Origin: a virus
DNA: 64,000 bases
Strand: one strand, 5' to 3'
Virus record (IMG/VR): IMGVR_UViG_3300028654_000009
The position numbers and the translations under genes were made by a program. Position 1 is the first letter of the stretch. Each line of letters begins with the position of its first letter. Positions 47,142 through 56,114 of this stretch are shown here, in pieces. The notes under the pieces are model-generated. The model saw only the letters and a list, made by a program, of their open reading frames with translations. It had not been told where the DNA came from and did no database searches.

Positions 47142-47180
47142 CTTCTAAGATTAGCATACAAATCAATGAATTACAAACGC

Positions 47181-47214
47181 AAAAGGCCCCTGCAGTTTCC
47201 AGCCTGCAGGGGCC
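47181..47214 (-). terminator. intrinsic terminator
   Basis: GGCCCCTGCAG/CTGCAGGGGCC hairpin + TTTT. Confidence 0.8.
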
Positions 47215-47244
47215 ACTAAAACCTACATGTATGACCTATAGGTT

Positions 47245-47892
47245 TTAGTATTGCTTCTCAAAATCAGAGAACACGTAACGAGGTGCGTTGGGGTAATTGT
47301 TGTTCTTCAGGAAGCCAATTTCCACAAACGAAGTGGGATTGTCGTTGCGACAGTCTCCGTAAGTTGGCTCCGGGAAACTGGGAAACAAATAGAAAGCATC
47401 GACGGACAGCGTGTAATATGTGTTAGGGTTGATTACATACACCGACCCGTCCGTGAAGTTGCAGGAACCAGAGCTAGCATACCATACAATCTGGAGCCCG
47501 GCAATCATAGGCAGACTGTAGTTGAACGCTCGCGGATCATAATTGCCCCACGCTCGCTCCATGTAAAAGCCACAGCTAGGGGTGTCAAGATTGTCCGAAG
47601 TGCGCTCATACAGGTACTTGTTGACACTCGAATCCCACCTAAGTTTGCTGTGTGTGGGACCGGTCAAAACGGGGGGAGAGGAAGTCCCTTCCCCGGTCCA
47701 GCTCGACTGGGTTCCGTCAGACTTCCAGTGATCCACGATACGGCAATAGCTGCTTTCCTTCTCCTGGGCAACTCCGACCTTGTCGGCAGCCAGCTGCGCG
47801 CTGAAATCCTTTGTGGTGGGAGCCTTGACGGGCTCGCCTCCACATGCTACCAATACCAAACCAACGATCATTGAGAGTGCTACTTTCTTCAT
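47245..47892 (-). CDS. lipoprotein
   Basis: MKKVALSMIVGLVLVAC lipobox; own promoter TTGACA-16-TAAACT (47962..47935) and own terminator. Confidence 0.75.
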   Translation of the reverse strand: MKKVALSMIVGLVLVACGGEPVKAPTTKDFSAQLAADKVGVAQEKESSYCRIVDHWKSDGTQSSWTGEGTSSPPVLTGPTHSKLRWDSSVNKYLYERTSDNLDTPSCGFYMERAWGNYDPRAFNYSLPMIAGLQIVWYASSGSCNFTDGSVYVINPNTYYTLSVDAFYLFPSFPEPTYGDCRNDNPTSFVEIGFLKNNNYPNAPRYVFSDFEKQY

Positions 47893-47991
47893 TTCATTCC
47901 TTTCTGTTACGGGTTTTGGGTTCCTAAACGGGATAGTTTAGCAGAGTTTTATTGAGTGTCAAGGGGGTTATTACAGGGTACCCTGTAATGC

Positions 47992-48022
47992 AAAAGGCCC
48001 AGGAGGTTATCCTGGGCCTTTT
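47992..48022. terminator. terminator after the major capsid gene (bidirectional form)
   Basis: AAAAGGCCCAGGA-loop-TCCTGGGCCTTTT. Confidence 0.85.
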
Positions 48023-48051
48023 ATGGTCTAACTAACTAGTTACTTAGCTTA

Positions 48052-49443
48052 TTACAGCTGTCCGCGCAAGTTGTCGATCAGCACGTTCTTGCGGGGCTCC
48101 ACAACCGCCAAAGTCAAGAACCGCAGATGCGCCTCGGGGATGCTGAGGTCCGAGACCGCCAGCTTCACTCGGCTGTAAGGGGCAAGCTCCTTCAGCTCCA
48201 TGGTGTCGCCCTGGATGAGATAGCCCGTCACGAAGCCCGGGAGCTTATTCCCGAGGTCGAGGAAGGTGGTGTTACCCGACACCGCCGAGATAACCCGACC
48301 AACGAACTTGGCCGAGGAGGCCGCGCCGCCAGCGTTCGTGCGGTACACATTGTACCCGCGAACCGTACCAGAACCCGGAGGGGTGATGGTCAGGGTGATC
48401 TTGTCGTTCAGGTTGACCGAGGCCGACGCGATAGAGGCCGAAGCCGGGGACTCGCCGTTCTCGTTGAACGAGGTGACGTAGAAGGTGTAGACGCCAGCCG
48501 CGAGAGCCCCACCGGCGCTGTTGGCAATGCCGAGGGTAGGAGCGGTAGGAGAGTTGGCGCGGGTGCGAGCCGGCTTGCTCTTACCACGAAGGAACTGGCT
48601 GGCCTCGATGTTGACGGTACCACCAGAAACCCACTGCTTGCGGAGGTCGCCACCGGTCGAGTCCTGAGGGGACCCCGCGAGAATTACTCGCTCCTTGCCG
48701 ATAACCAGCTTGTTGTAAGCCGAGAGGACAATCGGGTCAACCAGAAGGCGGTTGGCAGTGCCGAAGTTGAGAGCGCTACGAACCGCCGCGTCCTCAACCT
48801 TGCCCTGGTCCAGGGTGCCGCCGCCCGAGAGAACCACAGAGTCGTCCGAGCCGAACTCTGAGAACATAAGGTCTCGGCTGTTGACCTGCATGTCGCTCTG
48901 ACGAACCTGGAGACCGAGCCCGTGAATGTTCGGGAGGGCCGGGACGGCGAAGGGATTGCCGTCGAACACGCCCGCGTTCGAGAAGTCGTCGATACCACGG
49001 AAGCTGTCGAACTCGATGTCGCCAGCGATCTTCTTGGCAGCGTCAGCAGCGGCGCGCTCGTCGCTCTTCTTGCCGTCAACAGTCGCCACCATCGTCGAAG
49101 CGATGGTCACCCGACGAACGTGGGAGTAGAATGCCATTGGCACCGTAACCCGCACGAAGTCCGAGGTCTCTTCCTGTCCGACCTGGCCTTCGAGCTGGGC
49201 AGACCCGCCGAAGATACCGTAGCTGAGCTGACGGTCGAACTGGTAGAGGGTGGCCTTGCAGGACGAGGTCCCCACGATCTTCTGGAGCTTGATGTGGCTC
49301 TCATCGAAAGTGACGTTGTTCATGACCGGGCTGCAGTCCTCGATTTGAAGGGCAGCACCCTGGGTCAGCGTACTGGGGGCTGCGTCATAGTTGCCAGCCT
49401 CCAACGCCTTCTTAAGTTCAGTAACGGCATCCATTGCGTTCAT
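48052..49443 (-). CDS. major capsid protein (SPO1/Twort-like)
   Basis: LKKALEAG...GAALQIE N-arm; 463 aa; strong RBS and terminator. Confidence 0.9.
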   Translation of the reverse strand: MNAMDAVTELKKALEAGNYDAAPSTLTQGAALQIEDCSPVMNNVTFDESHIKLQKIVGTSSCKATLYQFDRQLSYGIFGGSAQLEGQVGQEETSDFVRVTVPMAFYSHVRRVTIASTMVATVDGKKSDERAAADAAKKIAGDIEFDSFRGIDDFSNAGVFDGNPFAVPALPNIHGLGLQVRQSDMQVNSRDLMFSEFGSDDSVVLSGGGTLDQGKVEDAAVRSALNFGTANRLLVDPIVLSAYNKLVIGKERVILAGSPQDSTGGDLRKQWVSGGTVNIEASQFLRGKSKPARTRANSPTAPTLGIANSAGGALAAGVYTFYVTSFNENGESPASASIASASVNLNDKITLTITPPGSGTVRGYNVYRTNAGGAASSAKFVGRVISAVSGNTTFLDLGNKLPGFVTGYLIQGDTMELKELAPYSRVKLAVSDLSIPEAHLRFLTLAVVEPRKNVLIDNLRGQL

Positions 49444-49485
49444 TTGTGTGTTCTCTCCTGATGGTTTTTGTTGTTGGGGCAGTTG

Positions 49486-50442
49486 TTAGGCGAGGAACTT
49501 GGCGATATCGTCAATTCCTGCGGACCCAACAACAAACTTGTTGATGAGGTCTCGGTCAGATTTGGCAAGCTTCGAAGAGGAGGTTGCCTTGTTGAGCTTC
49601 TCAATCACTTGCGACTTCGTAAGCGACCGGGGATCAACAGGGGCCTTCTCGGCCGGCTTATCGGTGGTACCAGGCTTGCTGATGTAGGAAATCCCAGCGA
49701 CAGACTTCCGCATGACCTGGCGCTTGGTCACCATATCGGTGATTGCCTTGATGGTCTCGGCCATGGCCACTTCCTGCTTGGCAAGCTGGTCGTCCTTCTC
49801 TTTGATCGACTTGCGCAGCTTGCTGATTTCAGACATCTGAGACTTGGCCATTCCGCCGTTCCCGTCATTGGGAGTCCCAGTGCTGATTTCGCCCTTGCCG
49901 ATTCCCGGCGGAGGACCGCCAGCTCCCGGCGGAGGACCGCCGGCCGAAGCCTCGGGGCCCGGGGGAGGGCCGGCCGATGCGTCAGGGCCCGGAGGGCCTG
50001 CAGAGGCCTCAGGACCGCCCGCCTCGGGGCCGCCACCCTGCGATTCCATCGCCATGAGGGCGGCGTGGGCTGCCATCAGGTGCATCTTCAGCTCTTCAGG
50101 CGGGAGCTTCATGTACTCGGCCTGGAGTGCTTCCGGAGTGGCGCCGGCATCTGTCGCCGGGTCCTGGCCGCCGTCTGGACCGCCGTCCATCGGGGGCGCT
50201 GAGCCCTCGGCAGAAGCGTCGGCAGAAGCGTCGGGAGCGCCAGAATCCTCGGGACCGGCGCTCGACTGCTCGCCCGGAGGTCCGTCAGTCGCGCTTCCGT
50301 CCGGAGTGGTCTCGGCAGTGGTCTCTTCGCCAGGGTCGGCCTTGGAAAGGGTCACTTCCTCCGTATCGGACTTGAGCATGACGGCGACATCGTTAGTCAC
50401 CTGCTCAAGCAACTTGTTGATTTGAGATTTCGAGAGCTTCAT
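49486..50442 (-). CDS. scaffold protein
   Basis: Acidic, Pro/Gly-rich, directly upstream of the capsid gene; about 10 hydrophobic-x-K-S/A motifs. Confidence 0.75.
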   Translation of the reverse strand: MKLSKSQINKLLEQVTNDVAVMLKSDTEEVTLSKADPGEETTAETTPDGSATDGPPGEQSSAGPEDSGAPDASADASAEGSAPPMDGGPDGGQDPATDAGATPEALQAEYMKLPPEELKMHLMAAHAALMAMESQGGGPEAGGPEASAGPPGPDASAGPPPGPEASAGGPPPGAGGPPPGIGKGEISTGTPNDGNGGMAKSQMSEISKLRKSIKEKDDQLAKQEVAMAETIKAITDMVTKRQVMRKSVAGISYISKPGTTDKPAEKAPVDPRSLTKSQVIEKLNKATSSSKLAKSDRDLINKFVVGSAGIDDIAKFLA

Positions 50443-50475
50443 TAGGTTGTCCTTCCTTGAGGGTTGGGACCCTAA

Positions 50476-50946
50476 TTAGGTGGTCGAGAGGGTGTTCCAG
50501 ATCGGAGCCCAGGTCGACTTCAGGTTACCTGCGATCATTGCGGTCGTCGAAGGCACGGTACCGTTGGCAGTCTGGTAGGTATTGATATAAGCGCCAGTGC
50601 GGCCCGCGTCGGCATAGAGCAGAGCGAGGTCGCCGAGGACATCGATATCTGCGCCAGCGCCCGAGGAGATATTCGACTCGGTGCAGACGTTGATGATGGT
50701 CGGGCAGTAGACCTGCGCGGCGTTGCCGAAGATGTCGGTGCTCACCGGCGCACTGGCCGGCGTGGTCTTCACAACAATGACCTTCTTACCGGCGGCCGGC
50801 GAAGAGTCAGAGCTGAGAACGGTGTAAGGATTCAAGTCGGTGTCGACGAAATCGTTCGAGACCGGATAGTTGGTCGCCAGACGCAGCTTGAGGTTTTCAA
50901 CCAGCTGCCGGTGAAGCGTCGCAACCTTGTAGTTCGTAGTGGCCAT
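50476..50946 (-). CDS. probable capsid-associated protein
   Basis: First gene of the scaffold-capsid unit; AAGGAG RBS. Confidence 0.6.
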   Translation of the reverse strand: MATTNYKVATLHRQLVENLKLRLATNYPVSNDFVDTDLNPYTVLSSDSSPAAGKKVIVVKTTPASAPVSTDIFGNAAQVYCPTIINVCTESNISSGAGADIDVLGDLALLYADAGRTGAYINTYQTANGTVPSTTAMIAGNLKSTWAPIWNTLSTT

Positions 50947-51017
50947 TTAGGGAATCTCCTTGAAAGTTTGAAGTGAGCCCCTCTAGGGGCGTTTCGGATA
51001 CAAACTTAGATTCCTAC

Positions 51018-51045
51018 TTGACACTGGCTACGAATAATGTATAAT
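51018..51045 (+). promoter_or_regulatory. consensus sigma70 promoter
   Basis: TTGACA-16 nt-TATAAT. Confidence 0.85.
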
Positions 51046-51047
51046 TA

Positions 51048-51398
51048 ATGGTTATGTTTGAAGACAAGACGTATGAGCCGGTCACCTTTGAAACCCAACT
51101 GGAGTGCGCAGGTTGCCGCCTGCTCAAACACCACACTTTGTTCCATCAATACAGGCGGGAACGACAAAGAGTTTTTGCTAGTCGATGCAAGGCTTGCCGA
51201 AGGGAAGACCGCATGACCAAGGTCTACCCGGAGGTCTGTGCCTGTTGCCTTCTCCATCGCCGCCTGGATAACAACCAACAGTGCAGAACCTGCAACTCTG
51301 AAGCTGGCCTGCGCGAATGCCGGGCCTGCAACAGGTTACTGCCCCTGTGGGCGTCGTTCTATGGCCGGAGCCGTAGGTGTAAGGAGTGTCGAAAATGA
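51048..51398 (+). CDS. Cys-rich zinc-finger protein
   Basis: Six CxxC pairs. Confidence 0.65.
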   Translation: MVMFEDKTYEPVTFETQLECAGCRLLKHHTLFHQYRRERQRVFASRCKACRREDRMTKVYPEVCACCLLHRRLDNNQQCRTCNSEAGLRECRACNRLLPLWASFYGRSRRCKECRK

Positions 51399-52261
51399 GC
51401 GGCCGGCCTCCAGCGCTCGATCCGAAACATCTGGGCACCGTAATGGAGCTTTACGGCTCCGGGCTGGGAACTACCAAAATTGGAAAGCAACTAGGGGTAA
51501 GCTCCAGGGCGGTTCGCTACTTGATGAAACAGAGCGGCATCCCCCTCAGGAGGGATGATTTCGCCAAACTAGTTATCAATGACGGCTTCTTCGACGAAAT
51601 TGACACGCCAGAGAAGGCATATTGGCTGGGCATATTGATTACCGATGGGAATGTGTCTGGGACCCGAATAACGCTGAACCTGAAAGATCGGGAGCATCTG
51701 GTAAAGTTCGCTGAAGCTCTAGGAGGCGGCCAGACACTATCTATCAAAGCAAAACACAAACAAATGGAAGGTCGGGATGTGGTTTGCTTCAACCTCCAGT
51801 TTAGAAGCAAACACATGGCCGGAGCGCTGTCAAAATACGGGGTCGTCCCTCGCAAAAGTGCAACATCATACCCATGGAACGGTCCGGCTGAATTGATGCC
51901 ACACTTTTGGAGAGGGTGTGTGGACGGCGATGGGTGGATTACTGAGATAAAGCCAGGTAGGTTTGCTATTGGTCTGTGTGGAACAAAAGCGATGACACAA
52001 GCGTTCTCAGACTTTTCTTATTCTGTCACTGGGGTTGCTCACAAAATCAAAGCACAGGGCAACATTTTTGTTTGCAGCGTCGGCAGCATAGAGGTGGTCC
52101 GAAAGTTGGCAATTTGCCTGTATGGAAACCTAGATAAGGCTAGTAGCCTTGACAGAAAGCTGGATAAAGCTATTTTGGCGATGGGGGCTTTGGTCCAGCA
52201 ACCCCCGCCTGGGCGCCCGAAGAAGGCAAAGCCCCAGCTGGTGGGGCCCCAGAATCAATAG
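51395..52261 (+). CDS. LAGLIDADG homing endonuclease with N-terminal HTH
   Basis: AYWLGILITDGN and FWRGCVDGDG motifs. Confidence 0.9.
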   Translation: MSGRPPALDPKHLGTVMELYGSGLGTTKIGKQLGVSSRAVRYLMKQSGIPLRRDDFAKLVINDGFFDEIDTPEKAYWLGILITDGNVSGTRITLNLKDREHLVKFAEALGGGQTLSIKAKHKQMEGRDVVCFNLQFRSKHMAGALSKYGVVPRKSATSYPWNGPAELMPHFWRGCVDGDGWITEIKPGRFAIGLCGTKAMTQAFSDFSYSVTGVAHKIKAQGNIFVCSVGSIEVVRKLAICLYGNLDKASSLDRKLDKAILAMGALVQQPPPGRPKKAKPQLVGPQNQ

Positions 52262-55200
52262 GCATAGGTCCTTCATGTCCTGGTACCAAACTGTGGACAA
52301 AATTCGGAGTTTTTTGAGGCGAGTACATTGCTTTCCGTTTTGTCCCCAAAACCTTGTTGAACAGGCTCGGTGCTGCAAACTTTTGCTCCTTTGCCATACC
52401 CAAAGCTTTGTCTGCTGTTTCGAAGTTGTGGCCGAGACCAAACGACATTGACAGCTTGTGCTGGCCATTGACCGGAGGAAGGGCTTCCAACCCGGCCTTT
52501 GCGTGTCGGATAAATTGCGCTGCGTGCTCGTGCGTAGGTGCCCAGAACGACATTTCGTCTCCTCCGCTGCGCCATGCCTTCCCCGTCCCCACCTTAGCCG
52601 CTGCATCACGAAACGCTCCGCCCATAGCCTTGATAGCACTGTCGCCAGCATCGTGACCGTGGATGTCGTTCACCTGCTTGAAGCTGTTCCCGTCAGCGGA
52701 CACCCAAACACCAGGCCGGTTCTCCTCGCGAAATTCCGACGCAGCCCTCTTGTTACCGATGCCCGGTATCATCGGGTCGCCGTAAAATCCATGAACCAGG
52801 GCTCTGGTAATCGGGTGGTCGTGCCCATGAATCTGACGTGCCTGAGCGATAGCCGTACGGTGATCGGGCACCGTAGGCTCGGGGGGCAGGTGTAGGGTCT
52901 CCTCGTCCTTCCTCATTTCGGAAGACATTTTCTTGTATCGCACAGTACCAATTCCGGTCTTGGCATTGTGTAAGATTAGCTGAAGTTCGCCCTCGGTCAA
53001 GGCGTGGCCGTCCATCGCTGCTCCATGCGGCCCAAACTCAATCGTGTGTGGCTTGACCATGCCCGGTCGGTGGAACTCGAACACCGAATTAGGCTTCGGC
53101 ATCGGCATTTTCATGACCGTCAGCTCTGGAACCGGATTGGGCTTCGCGACCTCGGTGGAGGGGGTCGTTTCGGTGACCGAGAAATTGGGACTCCACTTGA
53201 GGCCATGAAGCCCAGCGATAGCCGAAGCGTCCATCTTGCCCTCGGGAACCATTGCATGCAGAAGGCCGTGGTAGTCTTCCAGGTGGTGGACGACATCACG
53301 ACTGACCGAGAACCGGCCCGCCGGGTGAATTTTGTCGCCATGCTTGATGCCTACCGAATAGATAGTCGGCATATCAATTTTGGGCTCAATGGCGTCCGCA
53401 ATATCTTTCCTCAGGTCGATGAGAGCTGCTTCCATCTCCCTGGCCTTGGCCAAGAACTCCATGTTCTGGCCATTCCTCTCTCGATGCTCGGCAGCTTCGA
53501 GGAGCTTGGGGACCAAGTGGTGATAATACAAGAACTGAGCGGGGATCTCTCCGTACTTTTCCACATAGCTTTGGTGAACCAATGCCGTGCGCAAAGACGT
53601 TCCGGAATCGGGCTCGTCACTCTTCTGGACCGGATCAATCCAAGGCTTGATAGAGTCCCAAAATGGTTCATGGTGGGTCCCCGACTGCTTGCCCTTGTTG
53701 GTCATACCCACAAACTGCTCGTGCGGACGAATCGTAATCCAGTGTCGCCAGAAAGCAGGGAACAAGGCGTCCTTGGGGTCCTCGAACGTTGAACCCCACT
53801 TTGGGTGATTAAGAGTGTATTTTACGGCCGGGTGGTTCTTGGCGTACCAGTCGTTATACGGCCTCATTATGGTATCGATGTTGTTGGGGTTCCACAGCAT
53901 GTTCTTCAGGTAAGTGAGGGTCCGCTTATCTTTCATTACGTGCAGACCGAACATGTTGCGGATAAAGTGAGTATCAGGTACAACCGAGTCGCCACCACCC
54001 AACATCCCATAGGTGTAAAGACCAGTTTTGACCGCAAGACCCGGGACAGCGGTAAACGGAGACTCCCCTGGGTCAGGTTTACCCAGCAGTTTAGCTCGCT
54101 CACGCTTGGCCTCCCACAGTTGACCCTTGTGTTTGTTTCCCATTAGCTCGGAAACGGCGTCGAGGGCGTGATGACGGTGTCGGGATACCAGGTCGACGAG
54201 ACCGTGATGCAAAGAATGATAACGAGATAAGTTTTTGAATGACCCTTCCATCAGGGGAGTCGTGCCGGGCAGCTCGCCAGCATACCGACCAGCGGCCGTT
54301 GGGTCGCCTGGGAACTCTCCCCATTCATCGTGGCGAATACCGATACGGTTGCCCACATAATAGGCCGGGTTTGTAGCGAACGCTTCTTTACCGGTCTCGG
54401 GCAGCGTATTCGGAGAGTCCAATTCTCTGAATTTTGGCTCAATCGCCGAGAAGCCCGGATTTCTCGGATCAAGACCGGTGGCGTGCATGGCGTCCACAAG
54501 TCTAGCGTACTGTAGCTCCTGCACCGGGACCGGCCGATTCGGAGACAGCTGGGCAAACATCACGGCATGCATGATGACCTCTGGCGGTAACTTACCGGCC
54601 TTGATCAACTTATGAACCTTGCTCCAGTTGGTCATAGCAGTGTCCATGGCCTTTTCGACTTCTGGAGACTTCAACAATTTCTCATAATTCGCAGCCGATT
54701 CTGGGCCATCATCAGAGGGGAGATAGGCTTTGAAACTTCCCATGGGGGTCCGCAAAACGCCTTTTTTGGGATCAAAAGAGGGGTGTTTGACAGATGGATT
54801 GGGGCGTATTTTGGTTCCTCGGAAGGTGGCAGCCGTAAATTTTGGGGCCTTAGCTTCTTCCTGTTCACTGTCGTCGAAATCCTCAAGGATCGGCTTGTCG
54901 GGTTTCGGGGCCTCCGGGGGCGTCGCAGGCGCGTCGCCCTCTCGCTTAGCCAGAGACTTCTTTACGGTGTACGCCTCCGCGATGTCGGCAAAGTGATTGA
55001 GAAAATCGTCCGACACTTCCGGGAGCTTCGCCTTGGCAAACCCCATGAACTCGCTCCGCGTAAATTTTCGATTACCGAAATCTCGCAAAACAGCCTTGCA
55101 GGTATTCCTGATTCGGTCGTCTACGTGTTCCTTCTGGAGAGCGGCGCCTCCAGTGAGAGAAGATGGAGCCCCTCCACCCATGCCGGCCTCTATCGCCTTG

Positions 55201-55892
55201 CGCACAGTCGAAAGAACCATCGCAGACCGAAGCAAATTGAGAGAAGCCTCGGCCTTGGAATCAATGATTTCGACCTCGGTCTCGTACCCTGATAGTTGGG
55301 CGTACTCGGGGTCGATTATGGACGTGTTTTCAGACTTCTTGAAGCCTTCGGGGGCGTTGGGGTCGGATAGCAGAATGGTGTCGCAAGCTTTGAGACAGGG
55401 TTTGATAGTAATCGCGACTCTGCGGAAGATGCATTGCTTGATAGTGTTACCCTCTTTCTTGAGGGTAGAGCCTTCGATGCTAAACCGACACAGGATCTTC
55501 TCGTCATTGGCCACAGCGTCTCGAATTTGGGCGGCAACGGCCATGGCCTCGGCGTGTCCCGCTCCGTCATACAGACGGACTACCCCAAAAAGGTAGGGCA
55601 CTCTGACCTGGTCCCAGAATTTCTCTTGCTCTGTGGTCTCGCAATCTCCCTTCTTGAAGATTTTTTTAACATAGATGACACGGCCAATGGTTTCCTTACC
55701 AAAGCCAGTTTCGGCGTCAACGTGTTCCCAGTTAACGGTAGCTGTCCCCTCTTCTGCACTAGAAATATCAATACCGTCTAGCTCGACAGTCTCACCGCTG
55801 CTATCAATAAGTTCAGCACTGAAGATGCCTCCCAGCAACATCCCAGTTTTGGATTCTTTCGGCTGGTCTCTTGGATTGCTCATGATATCCAA
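52170..55892 (-). CDS. prohead protease fused to an HhH-GPD-like domain and a C-terminal GGDEF domain
   Basis: DSSGE, VNWEH, IG, FSIEG, VAIT..P protease motifs; PGLAVKT...VPDTH; D..FKQVNDIHGHDAGD...R.GGDEM; start may be ATG at 55883. Confidence 0.85.
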   Translation of the reverse strand: MDIMSNPRDQPKESKTGMLLGGIFSAELIDSSGETVELDGIDISSAEEGTATVNWEHVDAETGFGKETIGRVIYVKKIFKKGDCETTEQEKFWDQVRVPYLFGVVRLYDGAGHAEAMAVAAQIRDAVANDEKILCRFSIEGSTLKKEGNTIKQCIFRRVAITIKPCLKACDTILLSDPNAPEGFKKSENTSIIDPEYAQLSGYETEVEIIDSKAEASLNLLRSAMVLSTVRKAIEAGMGGGAPSSLTGGAALQKEHVDDRIRNTCKAVLRDFGNRKFTRSEFMGFAKAKLPEVSDDFLNHFADIAEAYTVKKSLAKREGDAPATPPEAPKPDKPILEDFDDSEQEEAKAPKFTAATFRGTKIRPNPSVKHPSFDPKKGVLRTPMGSFKAYLPSDDGPESAANYEKLLKSPEVEKAMDTAMTNWSKVHKLIKAGKLPPEVIMHAVMFAQLSPNRPVPVQELQYARLVDAMHATGLDPRNPGFSAIEPKFRELDSPNTLPETGKEAFATNPAYYVGNRIGIRHDEWGEFPGDPTAAGRYAGELPGTTPLMEGSFKNLSRYHSLHHGLVDLVSRHRHHALDAVSELMGNKHKGQLWEAKRERAKLLGKPDPGESPFTAVPGLAVKTGLYTYGMLGGGDSVVPDTHFIRNMFGLHVMKDKRTLTYLKNMLWNPNNIDTIMRPYNDWYAKNHPAVKYTLNHPKWGSTFEDPKDALFPAFWRHWITIRPHEQFVGMTNKGKQSGTHHEPFWDSIKPWIDPVQKSDEPDSGTSLRTALVHQSYVEKYGEIPAQFLYYHHLVPKLLEAAEHRERNGQNMEFLAKAREMEAALIDLRKDIADAIEPKIDMPTIYSVGIKHGDKIHPAGRFSVSRDVVHHLEDYHGLLHAMVPEGKMDASAIAGLHGLKWSPNFSVTETTPSTEVAKPNPVPELTVMKMPMPKPNSVFEFHRPGMVKPHTIEFGPHGAAMDGHALTEGELQLILHNAKTGIGTVRYKKMSSEMRKDEETLHLPPEPTVPDHRTAIAQARQIHGHDHPITRALVHGFYGDPMIPGIGNKRAASEFREENRPGVWVSADGNSFKQVNDIHGHDAGDSAIKAMGGAFRDAAAKVGTGKAWRSGGDEMSFWAPTHEHAAQFIRHAKAGLEALPPVNGQHKLSMSFGLGHNFETADKALGMAKEQKFAAPSLFNKVLGTKRKAMYSPQKTPNFVHSLVPGHEGPMPIDSGAPPAGALPSSGAQAGVAGPKPPSPK

Positions 55893-55910
55893 CCAAGATT
55901 CGGCTGGAGC

Positions 55911-56114
55911 TTAATTCGTCTCGAAACGGACAGCCGAAACGACGCGCTGGATCTGGACGTCTTCGACATCACAAGGAGCCAGGTCGTTCTTCCCGATGAC
56001 ATCCGCCCATTCGTCAAGCTCTTCTGGAGGCGGCGGTCTGAAGTCGTCGGCCACTTGGATCTCGTAAACGGAAGTGGCCATCTCCTGGACTACTACACGG
56101 TAGGTCTTACTCAA
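55911..56114 (-). CDS. hypothetical protein
   Basis: TTG start after GGGGAGA, overlapping the MuF stop. Confidence 0.5.
   Translation of the reverse strand: MSKTYRVVVQEMATSVYEIQVADDFRPPPPEELDEWADVIGKNDLAPCDVEDVQIQRVVSAVRFETN

Noticed and set aside
49844-50425. Gly/Pro repeats in the scaffold and the mirrored antisense ORF as a collagen-like gene
   Set aside because: Low-complexity linker without sustained Gly-X-Y periodicity
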